DNA of 64,000 nt from positions 463,107 to 527,106 of the forward strand of contig JAPDFW010000065.1 in NCBI GenBank assembly GCA_028826165.1, given 5' to 3'. Under the pieces are notes generated by a model, which saw only the letters and a program-made list of their open reading frames with translations, had not been told where the DNA came from and ran no database searches. A program made the position numbers and the translations under genes. Within the stretch, counting starts at the first letter, position 1, and each line of letters opens with the position of its first letter. This document shows, one piece after another, positions 50,018-64,000 of this stretch. The DNA comes from Anaeramoeba ignava BMAN. Taxonomy: Eukaryota; Protista; Anaeramoebae.

Positions 50018-51539
50018 ATGGAAAAAATAATAATAATTTTAATAATAATATGTTTAACACGAGGAGAAAAAACGATAAAAAAAGGAGTTCAAGCGGAGCC
50101 AACACCAATGTGTGTATGGGAAGGAGCTCCACCAAACGGGCCTGTGATATATAAACGACCGCCACAGCAAGCAGACCCACCAGTGCAGGACTGTATTCCA
50201 ATACAAAATGGCACTTTGGGCGGTTGTTGTAATTATACTCAAATGCTTTATTTTACTGAAAAATTCAAAACTGCTATTTCTTTCTTTGGTGGTTGTCCTG
50301 CTTGCGTAAATAATATTCATACTACTTGGTGTCATTATGATTGCGATCCTTATCAAGGTTTCTATTTTATTCTTTCTCTTTTTTCAACAAATTTAAAATT
50401 CATTTTAAAATTAAAATTAAAATTCAAAAATTAAAATCAAAATTAAAATTAAAATTAAAATTAATATTAAAATTAAAAATTAAAATTAAAATTTAAATTA
50501 AAATTTAAATTAAAATCAAAATTAAAATTAAAATTAAAATTAAAATTAAAATCAAAATTAAAATAAAAATCAAAATTAAAATAAAATTAAAAAATTAAAA
50601 TTAAAAATTAAAAATTAAAAAAATTAAAATTAAAATTAAAATTAAAATTCATTTTGAAAATTAATATTAATATTAATAAAATTAAAATTAAAATTCATTT
50701 TTTGAAAATTAAAATTAATATTAAAAATTAAAATTAAAATTAAAATTAAAATTAAAAATTAAAATTAAAATTAAAATTAAAATTAAAATTAAAATTAAAA
50801 TTAAAATTAAAATTAAAATTAAAATTAAAATTAAAATTAAAATTAAAATTAAAATTATTTAAAATTAAAAAAATTAAAATTAAAATTAAAATTAAAATTA
50901 AAATTAAAATTAAAATTAAAATTAAAATTAAAATTAAAATTAAAATTAAAATTAAAATTAAAATTAAAATTAAAATTAAATTAAAATTAAAATTAAAATT
51001 AAAATCAAAATTAAAATTAAAATTAAAATCAATATTAAAATTCATTTTGAAAATTAAAAAATGAAAAAATAGCATCATTTGTTTCAACAACAAATCACGA
51101 AGATGGACAACCACTTTTATATCCTAAATTAACAATGTGTAGAAGATGGGCGAAAGCAGTATATGAATCATGCCAATGGGTTCATTTTGTATCATCAATG
51201 TGGCCAACATACGAAGCATTTTGGATAACTCAAGGAGGAGATACATTACCAATTGCAGTTGAAGTACTTTATCCAGAAAATGATGATGATCCTTTTGCTT
51301 TATGTCCTTTAGATGAACTTGAAAAATGTGAAGATAGTTGTGATTGCTTAACTTGTCCTATTGCTTGCCAATCTGGTCAAATGCCTCCTTATGAAAATGA
51401 TGAAAAAAAAGTCGGCGCTATTTCCCAATTTAATTTTTGGATGATTATTGGTTGCTCTTTAATTGGAATTATGTTCTTATTTGTTATTTTTAAAAGATCT
51501 CAAGAATTCTTTAAAGAAAAGAAATTGCAAACTTTTTAA
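50018..51539 (+). CDS. Stand-alone NPC1 N-terminal (sterol-binding) domain protein with signal peptide and one TM helix
   Basis: CVWEG, CCNYTQM..FFGGCPACVNNIHTTWCHYDCDPYQASF, VYESCQWV, CDCLTCPIAC, TM FWMIIGCSLIGIMFLFVIF, then stop. Intron 50358-51072. Confidence 0.8.
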
Positions 51540-51668
51540 GAGATTTTTCCTTTTCTTTTTTTTTTCCTTAATTCAATAATTCCAAAAAATAATCAAAATT
51601 CAATAAAAAATCAGTTTCAAATTTCAATTTTCTTTTATTTAATTTTTTTTTGAATTTAAAATTTTTGA

Positions 51669-54600
51669 TTAATTTTGTTTCAGTTTATCTAAACAAAGAA
51701 GATAAACTGAAACAGAATATTTAAGTGTTAAATTTTGAGGAAAATGTTTTTGAATAGTTTCTGATTCTGTTTTAAGATTCAATAAATCTCCAATATTTAC
51801 TAAATTATTTAAAAGTTCTTGTTCTGGAGAATAATTTTTTTGAATTAATTCTTTTGAAAAGAAATTTTGGAAAATTAATATCAAATTTGTAATTGAAATT
51901 TTTTCAAAAAAGGAATCTAATTGATTTAAGAAAGTTGTTGGAATTTGATTTTTATATTGATTATCTAATTTATCCATAATTGATTCAAAATGCTGTGGAA
52001 TATTATTGTGAATAAATCTTAAATGTTGAATTTTAAGTTTTCTAATTGATTTAATATTTTCTAATTCAAATGGAATCATGTTTTCTTTTGCAAATTCAAT
52101 AAGTGTTTGATCAACTTTAATTAATTTTTCATCTTTTAAATTGGAACAAAATTGGATAATATTTTGATAAAATTTTTGGAAAATAGGAATAGCAAATTTT
52201 TCTAAAAGATCTTTAACTATTTCATCCCATGTATCTTGTGAAAGATTAATTTGTTTCCATCTTGATTCATCAAGGAATGAAGTATTTAAAATGATTTTAT
52301 CTTTAAATTGAAAATTATTGATAATAATTGAAATATTTTCAGTTTCAATAAATGTTTGAAAAACTTCACTCATCTTTTTTTCTAATTCATCAAAATTATC
52401 TTTTATATTATGAAATTTAATATAATCTTCTATTCTTTTCAAATTAAATTCAAAAGATGAATCAATCATTCTTCTAAATGGGTTATTTAATCCTGTTTGA
52501 AATGGGAAAGATATTTTTATTTCATCTTCATTTTGATTTTGATTTTGATTGAATAATTTTTGTATTTCATTCTTTAATCTTCTTTTTTCTTTCGAAATAT
52601 ATTTAATTAAATATCCAATATTTAGTTTTTTTTCTTGATTTGAAAGAATTTCTTTAATAAATGATTTTCTTGTTATTGGTTCAATTGTATCAATAATTTG
52701 TGGAATTTGATTGTTTTCTTGATCAAGTTCATTTAAATTATTTATATTGAATTTCTTGACTTTATCATTATTGATTTGACTTAATGAAATTATCCAACAT
52801 TCATTAAAATCATCTTCCCAATTTTCTAATATCTTAATTTCTTCTTCATTTAATTTTTCAATTTCTTTTTCTTTTGAATCTTTAAATAAATCTTCAATAT
52901 TAATTTTTTGTGATTGTTTTAAATTAATTTTCCCATTATATTTGATATTGATAAAACTTGAAAATTTGATAAATGATGGGAATAAATAAATCATTTTAAA
53001 TTTCAAATAATTTTGAATAAAAAATGAAATTAATGGATATTTTTGAATGTTATTTTCAATATTTTTTGGTTTTTTTAAGAAATTTGAAATTAAATTTGAA
53101 ATTGAAATTGGATTTGTTAATAATAAATTTGTTGCTTTAAATGGTTTTTTGAATGTTGAAATTTCAATTTTTGAAAGAATATTTTCATGTTTTTCTTTGT
53201 AAATTTTATATAAAGCTTCTTTCCAATTATCAATTTGTTTACTAAGTCTTCCAAGTTGAATTTGTTTATCTTGAACTTTGATAATTTCTTTTAAGAAAAG
53301 AATATAATAAATTTTTGTATTTGTTATTGATAAATTTAATATAATTGATAAACTTTTAATTTCATGATAAATTAATTTTTCATTTAAATTTTTTAAATTT
53401 GTTTCATTTGTTTCATTTTTTAATAATAAAAATAATAATGAATAATGAATAATTCTTGCAATTCTTGTTGGAATAATAAAATTAATACCAGATAAAGTAA
53501 AAATTGGATTTGGTTCTGGATAATTGTTAATTCCTAAAATATTTTCACAAATCATATTTCTGTTATTTGGGAAATTATTCATTTCATCATTAAATATTGG
53601 TAATGCAATATTTTTATTCATTAAATATTTTTCTGCTGTTTCTATAATAATAATTAGAACTTTTTCAAAATCTTCATTTATTGTTTCAATATCTCTGCAA
53701 ATTTTATAAACAGAATTCTTTATATTTTTTTGTTGATCTACAATTTTTTTATCATTTGTTAATTTAGAAGTAATCCAATTAAAAATTCTTGTTAAATCTT
53801 CTACTTGATTATTTAAAAAAGAAACAAAATATTCATAATAATATCCATCTGGATTTAATATCTTATTTTGTTCTTCATTTTCTTGAATATCCATTTTGAA
53901 AATTTTAACAAATTTCTTTTTAATTTGTTCTTTTTCTTGAATATTTTCCAAATGTTTTATTGTAAAAAAATCATATTCTTGAAATATTTGTTCTGAAATA
54001 TATTTTTGAATTTCTTCATTTTTAATTTTTGAATATTTGTTTGAATCTTGAATAATATAATGAATATTTAAAATAAAATTTTGATATTCTTCAAATAAAT
54101 CATTTATATGTTCAATTTCTGGAAAGAATCTTTTTTCATTGATAATAAATTTGTTTTGTTTTTTTGTTAAATCAAAATCATTTGTGTATTGGAAAAGAGT
54201 TAATAAAAATGTGAAACTCATACATTTTAAATCATTTTCTTTAAATGTAAAATAATCTTTTAAATAATTGAAAATATCTTTTCTTAAATTTTCATCTTTT
54301 TCTAATAATTTGAAAATATAACTAAATAATATTGAAAATAAATTTGGAAATTGAAATTCATTTTGATCTATTCCAAAAATTTCATTTTGATTTTGATTTC
54401 GATTTTGATTTTGATTTTGATTTTGATTTTGATTTTGAATTTGATTTTGATTTTGATTTTGATTTTGATTTTGATTTTGATTTTGATTTTGATTTTGATT
54501 TTGATTTTGATTTTGATTTTGATTTTGATTTTGATTTTGATTTTTGATTTTTGATTTTTGATTTTGATTTTGATTTTGATTTTGATTTTGATTTTGATTT

Positions 54601-57600
54601 TGATTTTGATTTTGATTTTCAAAGATTTTGATTTTGATTTTGATTTTGATTTTGATTTTGATTTTGATTTTGATTTTGATTTTGATTTTGATTTTGATTT
54701 TGATTTTGATTTTGATTAATTAATTTTTTTGTAATAATTTTGAAATTGTTCAAGAATGAATTTATTTTTCCTTTTTTTTGAATTTGTTTTATAATAATTT
54801 GGAAATAATTTTCAAATAAATTAATTTTTTCATTTTGATTTTTACATAATTGATAAATATCAATAATAGATTCCGAATGTTTATCATTTTTGGAAAGTTT
54901 AAAATTTTGAAATAAATTTTGAAATTCTTGAGTTTGATTAATTTCTTGTAAATTATATTTGTTGAGAAATAATATGTAAATTTTCATCCATTTATCAAAC
55001 AATTTTTTAAAATCTTTTTTAAAATCTTTTTCAAAATCTTTCATTTTTTTCATTTCAATTATAAATTCATAAATTTTATCAAGTGGAATTGAAATAATTG
55101 TTAAATCATTTGATAAATTGTGATTATTTAAATAATTTTCAATAATTTCAATTTGTTTTTTGATAAATTTTGAAATTAGATTTTCTTTTTGATTTTGATT
55201 TTGAATTTGATTTTCTATTTCAATTTCTTTCTTTTTTAAATCTCTTTTATCAATATTCAAACAATATTTATAAATTTCATAAATTTTTTGAAATATATTC
55301 CAATTAATTTTTTGTGAAATTTCTTTTAATGATAAATTTGTTAAATCTTCATTTTTTTCAAATTGATAAATGAAATCAGAAATATTTCCAATATATTCTT
55401 CTAAAAACTTTTGTTCTTCTTTTGTAAAAGATATTTTTGTAAAATCACTCATAAATGCTTTTAGAAATATTTGTGAACCTATTTTAGGATTAGTTGAATA
55501 TCTTTCAGACCATTTAATAATAGGTTTTTCTATAATTTCTTGAATTATTTTGTTTTCTTCTTCTTGTTGTTTTGTTTCTTCAAATAATTTGAAATAAAAA
55601 TATTGGAAAAATGGGAAATTTGAATTATTAAATTGATAAGTAAGAATATTTTGGAAATGTGGAATTTTTAAATTTTTGAATATCTTTTCCCATAATTTTT
55701 GAATTTCATTAATGTTTTTTTGATTAATAGGAAAAAGTTTGAAATTATCATTAATCATAATATTACTGAATAAAATAGCAAATATAGTTTCTAATTTTTC
55801 TTTAAATTTAAATTGAATAAATGAAGTTAATGATTCATTTCTTCTTTTCTTTTCAAATTTTTCATTAATTAATTCATTAATATTCCATTCATATAATTTG
55901 ATATTTTCATTTTTTCCTTTTTGGATCATTTCTCTTATTTTTTTCATTAAAATTTTTTTGTTTTTTAATAATTTCATTTCTTCAAAAAATGTTTTGGTTT
56001 TTTCAATTTTTTTCTTTGAATTTAAAAATTTAAGAATAGAAATTGGAATAATTAATTTAAATATTTTTTCCCATTTTTCTTCAATAACTTTTTCTAAATA
56101 ATTTCCAGGGAATGTTGTTTTCAAATCAATATTCATTTCAAAATCATATTGGAAAATATCATCAATATAATAATATTCAAAATTTTTTTCAAATGAAAAA
56201 TGGAATGTATTTGTTTCTTCTTGATTTGATGAAATATGAACAATAAACATAAGAAAGCATTTAATTTCTTCTTTTTCTTTTTCAATTATATTTTCAATTA
56301 AATGTTTGAATTGATAAAATATTTTTTCTGATAAATTTCTTGTTGGTGTAAAATGAATAATTAAAATGAAATTTGGATCTTTTTTTCTTTGATTCTTCTT
56401 ATCCATTTGATGATTTTGATTTGATTTTTGAGGAAATATTCCAAGAATATCTTTAATTTTCTTTTTGAAATCTTTTTCATTATCAAATTCAGAAATATTT
56501 AATTCTTCAATATTAAATCCTTTAATTTCAATATTTTTTGATTTTGATTTTAATGATGATAATGTTAAAATGATTGATTTTTGAATTTTCTTTGGTTTTA
56601 ATTCATTTTGAATTAATTCATTTAAATTATTATGATATAAACTATTATATCTTTCACAAAAATATTTTAAATATAAATATTCATTTATCCCCATTTCTAA
56701 TTCAATTTCAATTTCAATTTCAATTTCATTTTCTTTTTGATTTTGATTTTGATTTTTATTTTCTTTTTCATTTTGATTTTCATTTTCAATTTGATTTTCA
56801 TTTTTTCGAATTTTGGATTTAAATTGTTGAATTTTTTGTTGTATTAAAAAAATATTTTCAAAATTACAAACTCTCATCCACATATTAACTCCTTCAAAAA
56901 TCAAAAATTGTTTTATTTTCCTTTCATTCTTATTTTCTTTTTTTTTTGAAATTATTTCTTGAAGTTTTATTGCAAGTGATGGAAATAATCCAGAATGATA
57001 AGAAACAATTAAATCTTCTTTTTTAATTTTTGAATATTCACAAATTTTTTTGATTATTTCTTTTTGTTGTTCATAAAATTTTCGAATAATTCCAAATTCA
57101 ATAAATTCATCTAATTTCAATAAATATTTTTCAAATCTATTTAAAATAGCTGGTGTTTCATTATGATAAGCATGACTTTTATCACAAATTGAAATTAATC
57201 TGAAATTAGGATCAATTTTAATTAAATTTTCAATATTTCCCATTGAAATTTGTGCATAAAGATTATTTCCTTCTTTGATATAATTTTGATTTAATAAATC
57301 ATATAAAGGTAGAAATAAATCGTTATTATTATATAAAATAATTATTCCTCCTTTTCTTATTGAATTTTCAACTTTATGTAAATCTTTTAATAATTTTAAC
57401 TTTTTGTTTGATCTTTTGGGAAAGAATTTCCAAAAACAACACTAATTTTTCTTCCTTCTTCTTCAATTAAACTTTCAATAATTTGTAAAATAATTGGTAA
57501 ATTTAAAGTTTCATCAATTAAAATCATCATATTTCTTGAAAAATCTGAAATTTTATTTGGATTATTTAATCCATAATTTTCAAATATTCTTTTTTGAATA

Positions 57601-60600
57601 TTTTGAGAAATGAGTTCTTTTGTTGTTATTTTTGTTAATGATATTAAATTTAATGAATTGGATTCATTTTGAAATTGAGAAATATTTTGAATAATTTCTG
57701 GTTTGGAATTAAAATTTCTTAATAAAGCATTTGAAATTAAATCTGGATTATTATAAGAAATGTTATGAGTTATATAAGAATACCCAATCATTTTAACAAA
57801 ATAATAAAAATCTCTAAGTCCAAAATAAGGTTTCCATTCTGAATCTTTTTCTTTTTCTTTTTGATTTTTGATAATATTTTTGTAAATTCTTGAAAGACTA
57901 TCTGCAAATAGTTTTGGGATTTTAGAATTAATTCCTGTATTTTCTGAACATAATATTTGTTGAGCTGTTGTTTCAATTTCTGTTATTGAATCTCTATAAA
58001 TAAGAATTCCTCTATTCATATTACTTGGATCTAAAATCCAATTTGATATTGAAACAACTGAAACTGTTTTTATTTCTTTTAAAATATCTTCTAATTTTTC
58101 ATTTTCATTTTCATTTTCATTTTGATTTTGATTTTGATTTTGATTTTGATTTTGATTTTGATTTTCATTTTCATTTTCATTTTGATTTTCATTTTGATTT
58201 TCATTTTGATTTTCATTTTGATTTTGATTTTGATTTTGATTTTTGATTTTGATTTTGATTTTGATTGTGATTTTCATTTTGATTAAATCTTTTTTGAAGT
58301 CTTTTTGATAATTCTTTTTCTGATTCTTCAAGTTTTGAATGAAGTGTTTGAAGTGGAAATTCAGAACTCCATTCTGCAAGTGCAATTTCATCAAGAACAA
58401 CAACTCCTAAATTATTTACATTTTTTGTATTTTGTTTAGCTAATTTGAAAACTTCTTCAATTTCTTTATTTGTTGTTATTTGTGAACATTGAATAAAAGA
58501 TTGATAAAGAGATCTAAGTTTAAGTTTTCTTAATAATTCATTAATTTCAAATGGTGGTTTAAAAGATTTTAAAATGACTTCAAGAGAAATTGATTTTGAA
58601 GTTCCTATTTATTATTTAATTAATTTAAATTTTTAATTTTAAATTATAAATTATAATTTTTAATTTTAAATTATAATTTTTACCTGGTTTCCCAATAATA
58701 AATAAAGGTATTTGAGTATAAATTGAAATATAAAGCAATAAACAATTTTCTTTTAATGCTGTATTTTTTGCAATCATTTTTTCTTTAAAATTATAATCTA
58801 AATTTTCAATTAAATTTGTTTTAGCATTTTCAATCATTTCTTTATAATCTTTTGATTTTCCATTTCCAAAAATTTTAATTGAGTATTTTTTTCTTTTTTT
58901 TTGATTTTTTTCTCTAACTTCATAACAAACAAAAAGAGATAAATAAATTGCTTTTTGAATTATTATTCCATCTTCTTCTTTTTGTTCTTCAATCTGTTTT
59001 AAATTAATTTGTTTTAAATCAATTTTATCTTTTAATAAAATTATACCAGCTCTTGATCTTGATTCATAAATCCATCTAAATATTCTAAGAGTTCTTGAAA
59101 TATCTCTAAGTGAAACTTTTGAAGCTAAATTCTTTTTTTCATTTTCATTTTCATTTTGGTTTTGATTTTGATTTTCTTCTTCTCTAATATATTGATGAGA
59201 TTTTTGAATATATTCAATAAAATTTTCCATAAATTCTTTGATTCTTTTAATATCTTCTTCTTTTTTAAAAATAGAATCAAATGTATTTTTAACCATTTTT
59301 TGAATATAAGGTAATTCTTGTTCTTTTTGAAGTGAATTAAAATTTAATATTTCTTTTTGTAAAGAATCTGGAAGTTTTTGAACTCTATAAACTGATTTTT
59401 GAATTTTCTTATTTTCTTCATTTTCATCATCTTTTTGATAAAATAATCCAAATCTTTCATATTCTTTTCTATCTATTTCACTTCTTTTTCTATATGGATT
59501 AATTGCTGCTATTAATCTTATATTTGTTGATATCTTTTTCTCATTAAACATTTTATCAATAAATAAATATTTGAAAATTGGAATAAAAGATTTTGGAGCT
59601 GTATTTAATTCATCAAAAAGTATTATAAATGGTTTTGGAAAATATTTTTCTCCTTCTTCAATTAAATTTTGAATATCTTTTTCTTTATAGAATTATTAAC
59701 ATTTAATGTTTTGATTTTTTGTTCCAAAATAGTTTCAAATAAATATTCAATTAATGAAGTTTTTCCACATCCAGTTTCTCCACTTATAATTGTTGGAAGA
59801 TTAACAAAATTTCTGAATTGAAGAAATAACATTTTAGAAACATTATCAAAAGTAAGAACATATTTTGATTTTCCTTTTTTATGTTCTTCAATTAATTCTT
59901 TATCAATTTCTTTTGGATTAAGAGTAGAGAAAAATTCGAAAATTCTTTCAATTTCTTCTTTAGAATTGAAAGTATCAGAAAAATTTTGATTCTACTAAAC
60001 CTAAATTTATTGTTATTTTTCAGGATTGTATAATAAGGGAGAATTTTTGAATATTTTTATAAATATTCCAAATCCTGAAAAAAAATGATCTAATTTTTGT
60101 TCGTTTGTTGATTTAATTGAAATTGGAATAATATTTTCATTTTCATTTTTAAATTTCAATTTGGGAAGAAAAGTATAAAAATTATCAAAAATATTTTTGT
60201 TTTCTGATAATAAAGGAAATAAAATAAATCTTGAAATTGAAAGAAACCAACTTTTAAGGATTGATCTTGTTAATTTTTTCGATTTCTTTTCTTTGACTTT
60301 TAGAAAATCCCATTCTAATATTAAATTAATAAATACTTTTAGTGAATTCCAAAATTGTGATAATAATCTAAATGTGTAAATATTTTTCATATTTCCTCTA
60401 TTAAATTGATTTAAAATAATAGAAATATTTTTTTCAATTAATTCAATAAATCTTTTTGGATTTGGTTTATCATCTTTTTCTAATATTTCTTTAATATTTT
60501 CAATTCTATCTGGTTCATTTAGAATTTGTTTATCTTCTAATTTTATCATTAAATTTGCAACTTTTTAATTTTTCATCTTCTTTTTCAATTATTTTTTGAT

Positions 60601-63600
60601 TTGAATCAATTTTATAATTTTGGAAAACAAAAGAATCTTTGTTATAATTTAAATGATGTAAATTAAATTGATAAAGTGGATAAAAAGAATTCCACATTTT
60701 TCATTTCGATTTTCATTTTGATTTTTTTGATTTTGAATTTTGATTTTGATTTTGATTTTGATTTTTTTATTTTTGATTTATTTTTTGATTTTTGATTTTG
60801 ATTTTGATTTTGATTTTGATTTTTGATTTTGATTTTGATTTTGATTTTGATTTTGATTTTGATTTTGATTTTGATTTTGGTTTTGATTTTGATTTTGATT
60901 TTGATTTTGATTTTGATTTTGATTTTGATTTTGATTTTGATTTTGATTTTGATTTTGGTTTTGATACTTTTCTTGTTTATTAGGAATTTCAAATAAAAGA
61001 ATTATGTTTGATTGAATATTCCAACAAAAGAGATTTTGATGATTTTGGATTTGAATTTTCAATAGATCCCCACATTGTAAGTTGCCAAATTGCATCTGAA
61101 ATTTCAATAGAGCATTTATTTGGAAATTCAATATGAATGAATATTGTTTCTTTTTCTTTTTCTTTTTCTTTTAATTGATTTGTAATTTGATTTAATTTAG
61201 AAATCATTTCAAAGAAATTGTTCTTTTTATTAAGTTGAATAATTTGATATTTATAATTATTTGTTTTCCTTTAAAATCAAAACAAAATTTTCTAATTTGA
61301 AAACTTTTTCCTTCACCTGTAAAATTTGAATAAAAACATAAATATTGCGATAAATTGGTGAACATTCGATAATTTGTTTCAGATTTTTGTTAATTTCATC
61401 TCCAAAATCAATATTTAATTCTCCTTCTTGAAGTAAAAGAAGATAAAAATGTTTTTCTTGTTTTTGATAAAATTCAAATATTATCATTGGTATTTTTGTA
61501 ACGAAATCAATTGAATTTGTTTCAGAAATTAGAATATTTTGACATTTTTGAGATAATCTATCAGCATGAATTATTGAAAATAATAATGAAAATGAATCAT
61601 TATTTTCTTGTATTTCATTATAATATTTATAAATTGAGAAAAAATTAATTATATCTTCAGGTTTTGTATTTGAATTACAAATCAAAATTTGTTCTCTTAA
61701 TGGAAAAGATTTTTGAAATATAAATAATAAGTCATTGTAACATAATTCAATATTTTTGAATCTTCTGTAATTTTTATAATAAATATTTTTGGATTTCAAT
61801 TGATCCATCTCTTTTTCATCGATTTGTTTTTCAATTTTAAATTGGATTTTTGAAGATTTATGTTTTTTTCTATAATTGATAAATTTATTTTGGAAATGGA
61901 ATCTTTAATAAATTTTAAGGAGAAACCTTCTTCAATTTTTGAAAAAGATTTTGAAAAATCAATTAAATCAATTTTTCAAATTCTGGATTTATATATTCCA
62001 TAAAATTTGTTTTGTTAGTTCTTTTTCTCTATTAATTAATCTGATAATTGATTTAAAAATTTCATTTTGATTTTTGATTTTGATTTTTTTGATTTTGATT
62101 TTGATAAATTAAAAAAGTTGTTGATTGGTTAAAATTCCTTTTAAAGGTATTTCTTTTAATTTTTCTTCATCTTCTTTCCATTTTTTAAGATTTTTTCAAT
62201 TTTGTTATTAAATTGGTTTAATTCTTCGGAATAATCAAGTTTTTTTTGATTTTTTTGAGTTTTTGCTTGATTTTAAAAGGTTTATCAATTTCTTGAATTT
62301 TTGATAATATTGAATTGAATAAATCTTTTCAAATTTTGATAAATTTTATCAATAGTTTTAAATAATTCTTCATATTGTTGAATTAAAATATATTCTTTTT
62401 CGATTTTTGATTGATTTTCTTGATTATCTCCGAAAATAATTTTTGGTTTTTTATCTAATGCAACACTTAACATATTGATAAAATCTTCAATATTTCTTTC
62501 ATTTGATTTTTCTGTTTGAATAATACATTTAAATAATGGTTCTTTCAAATAAAAATTAATTTGCATCCTTTTCAAAAATATTGGAAATATCTTGAAGTAA
62601 ATTTGTAGATGAATATGTAAATTGTTGAATATCGAGTAATGGAAATATTTTAACTCAATAATTTTACATCAATTTCTTCTTTTTGTTTTTCTTGAAATTT
62701 TATTTTTCTTGATTTTATTTTGTAAAGAATGAAGATCATTAAATTTTGTTTGATAAAAGTATTGGTTTAAAAATATTTTTGAGACTAATTAAAAATTTTT
62801 AAATTCTTTGTATAGAATAAAAATCAATTGATTTTAATTTTTCATTTCATTTTGAAATTTCATTTTCATTTTTGATTTTAACCAAATTAAGATTTCTTCA
62901 CTACTTGATATTTGTTGAGAATTATTATTTGATGGAAATAATTCAATGATAAATTCAAGAAGTTTATAATCAATATTAATTTTTTGATTCATTTCTTTTT
63001 CAAAATCATTTATTTGATTAATTTTCTTTTCTTTCCAAATATTTTGTAATTGTTCGATTTCTTTGGTTTGATTTGAATTAATTTCATTTCTTTCCAAAAA
63101 AATATTAAGGAAATTGGTAATTGAATTTATATTATTAATTATTTTTCTAATTTGGAAAAATTTCAAGATTTTTGATTTTTGAATTTTTGATTTCTTCAAT
63201 TTTTGGGAAATTGTTTTTTGTTAATAATTCAGAAATGAATTGTTCTTTGTTTAATGGGAATTTTTCATTTAATTCTTCCAATTTTGTTTCCATATTAATA
63301 CTATTTTTCCATTTTTGCCAATTTGATTCTACTTTATTACAAATTTTTAGAATTGATAATTTTTGATTTCTTGATTTTGGTTTTTGAAAGAAATTCTTGA
63401 AATTGTTCTCTAAAAATAAATTTTGATGAAATAAATCAATTGAATTGATTTTTCTGTTTTCAATATTTTGGAAAAATTTGAAAATTCATTTAAGGTTATT
63501 TCTCCTGATTTGATTTTTTCCCAATCTTTAAATTCTTCATTTATTTTTTCATCTTCAAAATTATCAAAAAATTCCTTCATTTTAGAAAATTTATGATTTA

Positions 63601-64000
63601 AACTATTCAATTCCTTTTTGTTTTTTTCAATTTCATTTTGATTTTGTTCTTTTGTTTCTTCAATTTCATTAAATAAATTGAATATTTCATTAAATTTATT
63701 TTCATTAATAAGATAAAAATTAAAATCAGATATTGTTAACTTTTTCAGGTGATTTTAATTTTTGGAAATATTGATATAATTCTTTTTGATAATTTTTCAG
63801 TTCTTCATGAAATTTTTGAGTATCTTTTGAAACATTAATTGGTAAATATTTGTTTATAGGTTTACTTTTTTGAAAGTTTAAAAACCAAATTATTGATTTT
63901 CTCCATAACTCTTGAAGTTTTCCATTTTCTTTTAAAAATATCAATCCAAGTAATTTTATTTTTGATTTTTGATCTTTTCTTTTTTCTTTTTTTCTTTGAT
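51669..64000 (-). CDS. Giant RNF213/mysterin-like multi-AAA+ protein (fragmented by indels; continues beyond the window)
   Basis: SGETGCGKT, FDELNTA, IAAINPYR, VYRVQKLPDSL, VSLRDISR, ALKEN..IPLFIIGKPG-TSKS, LDEIALAE, SISNWILDPSNMNRG, FGLRDFYY, GNSFPKDQ, LYDLLNQNY, PNFRLI, AILNRFEK: the RNF213 AAA core motifs in order. Confidence 0.85.

Noticed and set aside
1-64000. tRNA, rRNA or snRNA genes
   Set aside because: No recognisable cloverleaf or conserved RNA sequence seen by eye; tRNAscan-SE and Infernal would be needed to exclude them.

Overview
Extremely AT-rich, gene-dense eukaryotic DNA with GT-AG spliceosomal introns, many filled by simple repeats. The gene content (PFO with an organellar presequence, propionyl-CoA carboxylase alpha, an intein in MCM5, many BTB fusions, parabasalid-like initiator motifs) points to an anaerobic metamonad, most likely Anaeramoeba (inference). 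About 20 genes can be reconstructed: PFO 5' exons, URB2, Rab6, a PARP6/8-like UBA protein, two RCC1-BTB, ankyrin-BTB, RING-CCCH, PCCA, MCM5 with intein, transaldolase, two Rab-BTB, copine, an Rdx-family selenoprotein, SPT4, a stand-alone NPC1 N-terminal-domain protein, a giant RNF213-like AAA+ protein and a few unknowns. Highlights: (1) a selenoprotein missed by the ORF track, with an in-frame UGA in a TxxU motif and a type II SECIS in its 3' UTR; (2) a modular tandem-BTB cassette fused to Rab-like GTPases, RCC1 or ankyrin domains, often with a CAAX box; (3) a 405-aa MCM5 intein with a decayed homing endonuclease; (4) a TIR-bounded element inside the PFO intron; (5) a PCCA lacking its glycine-rich ATP loop. 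Many single-base frameshifts at homopolymers are probably assembly errors.
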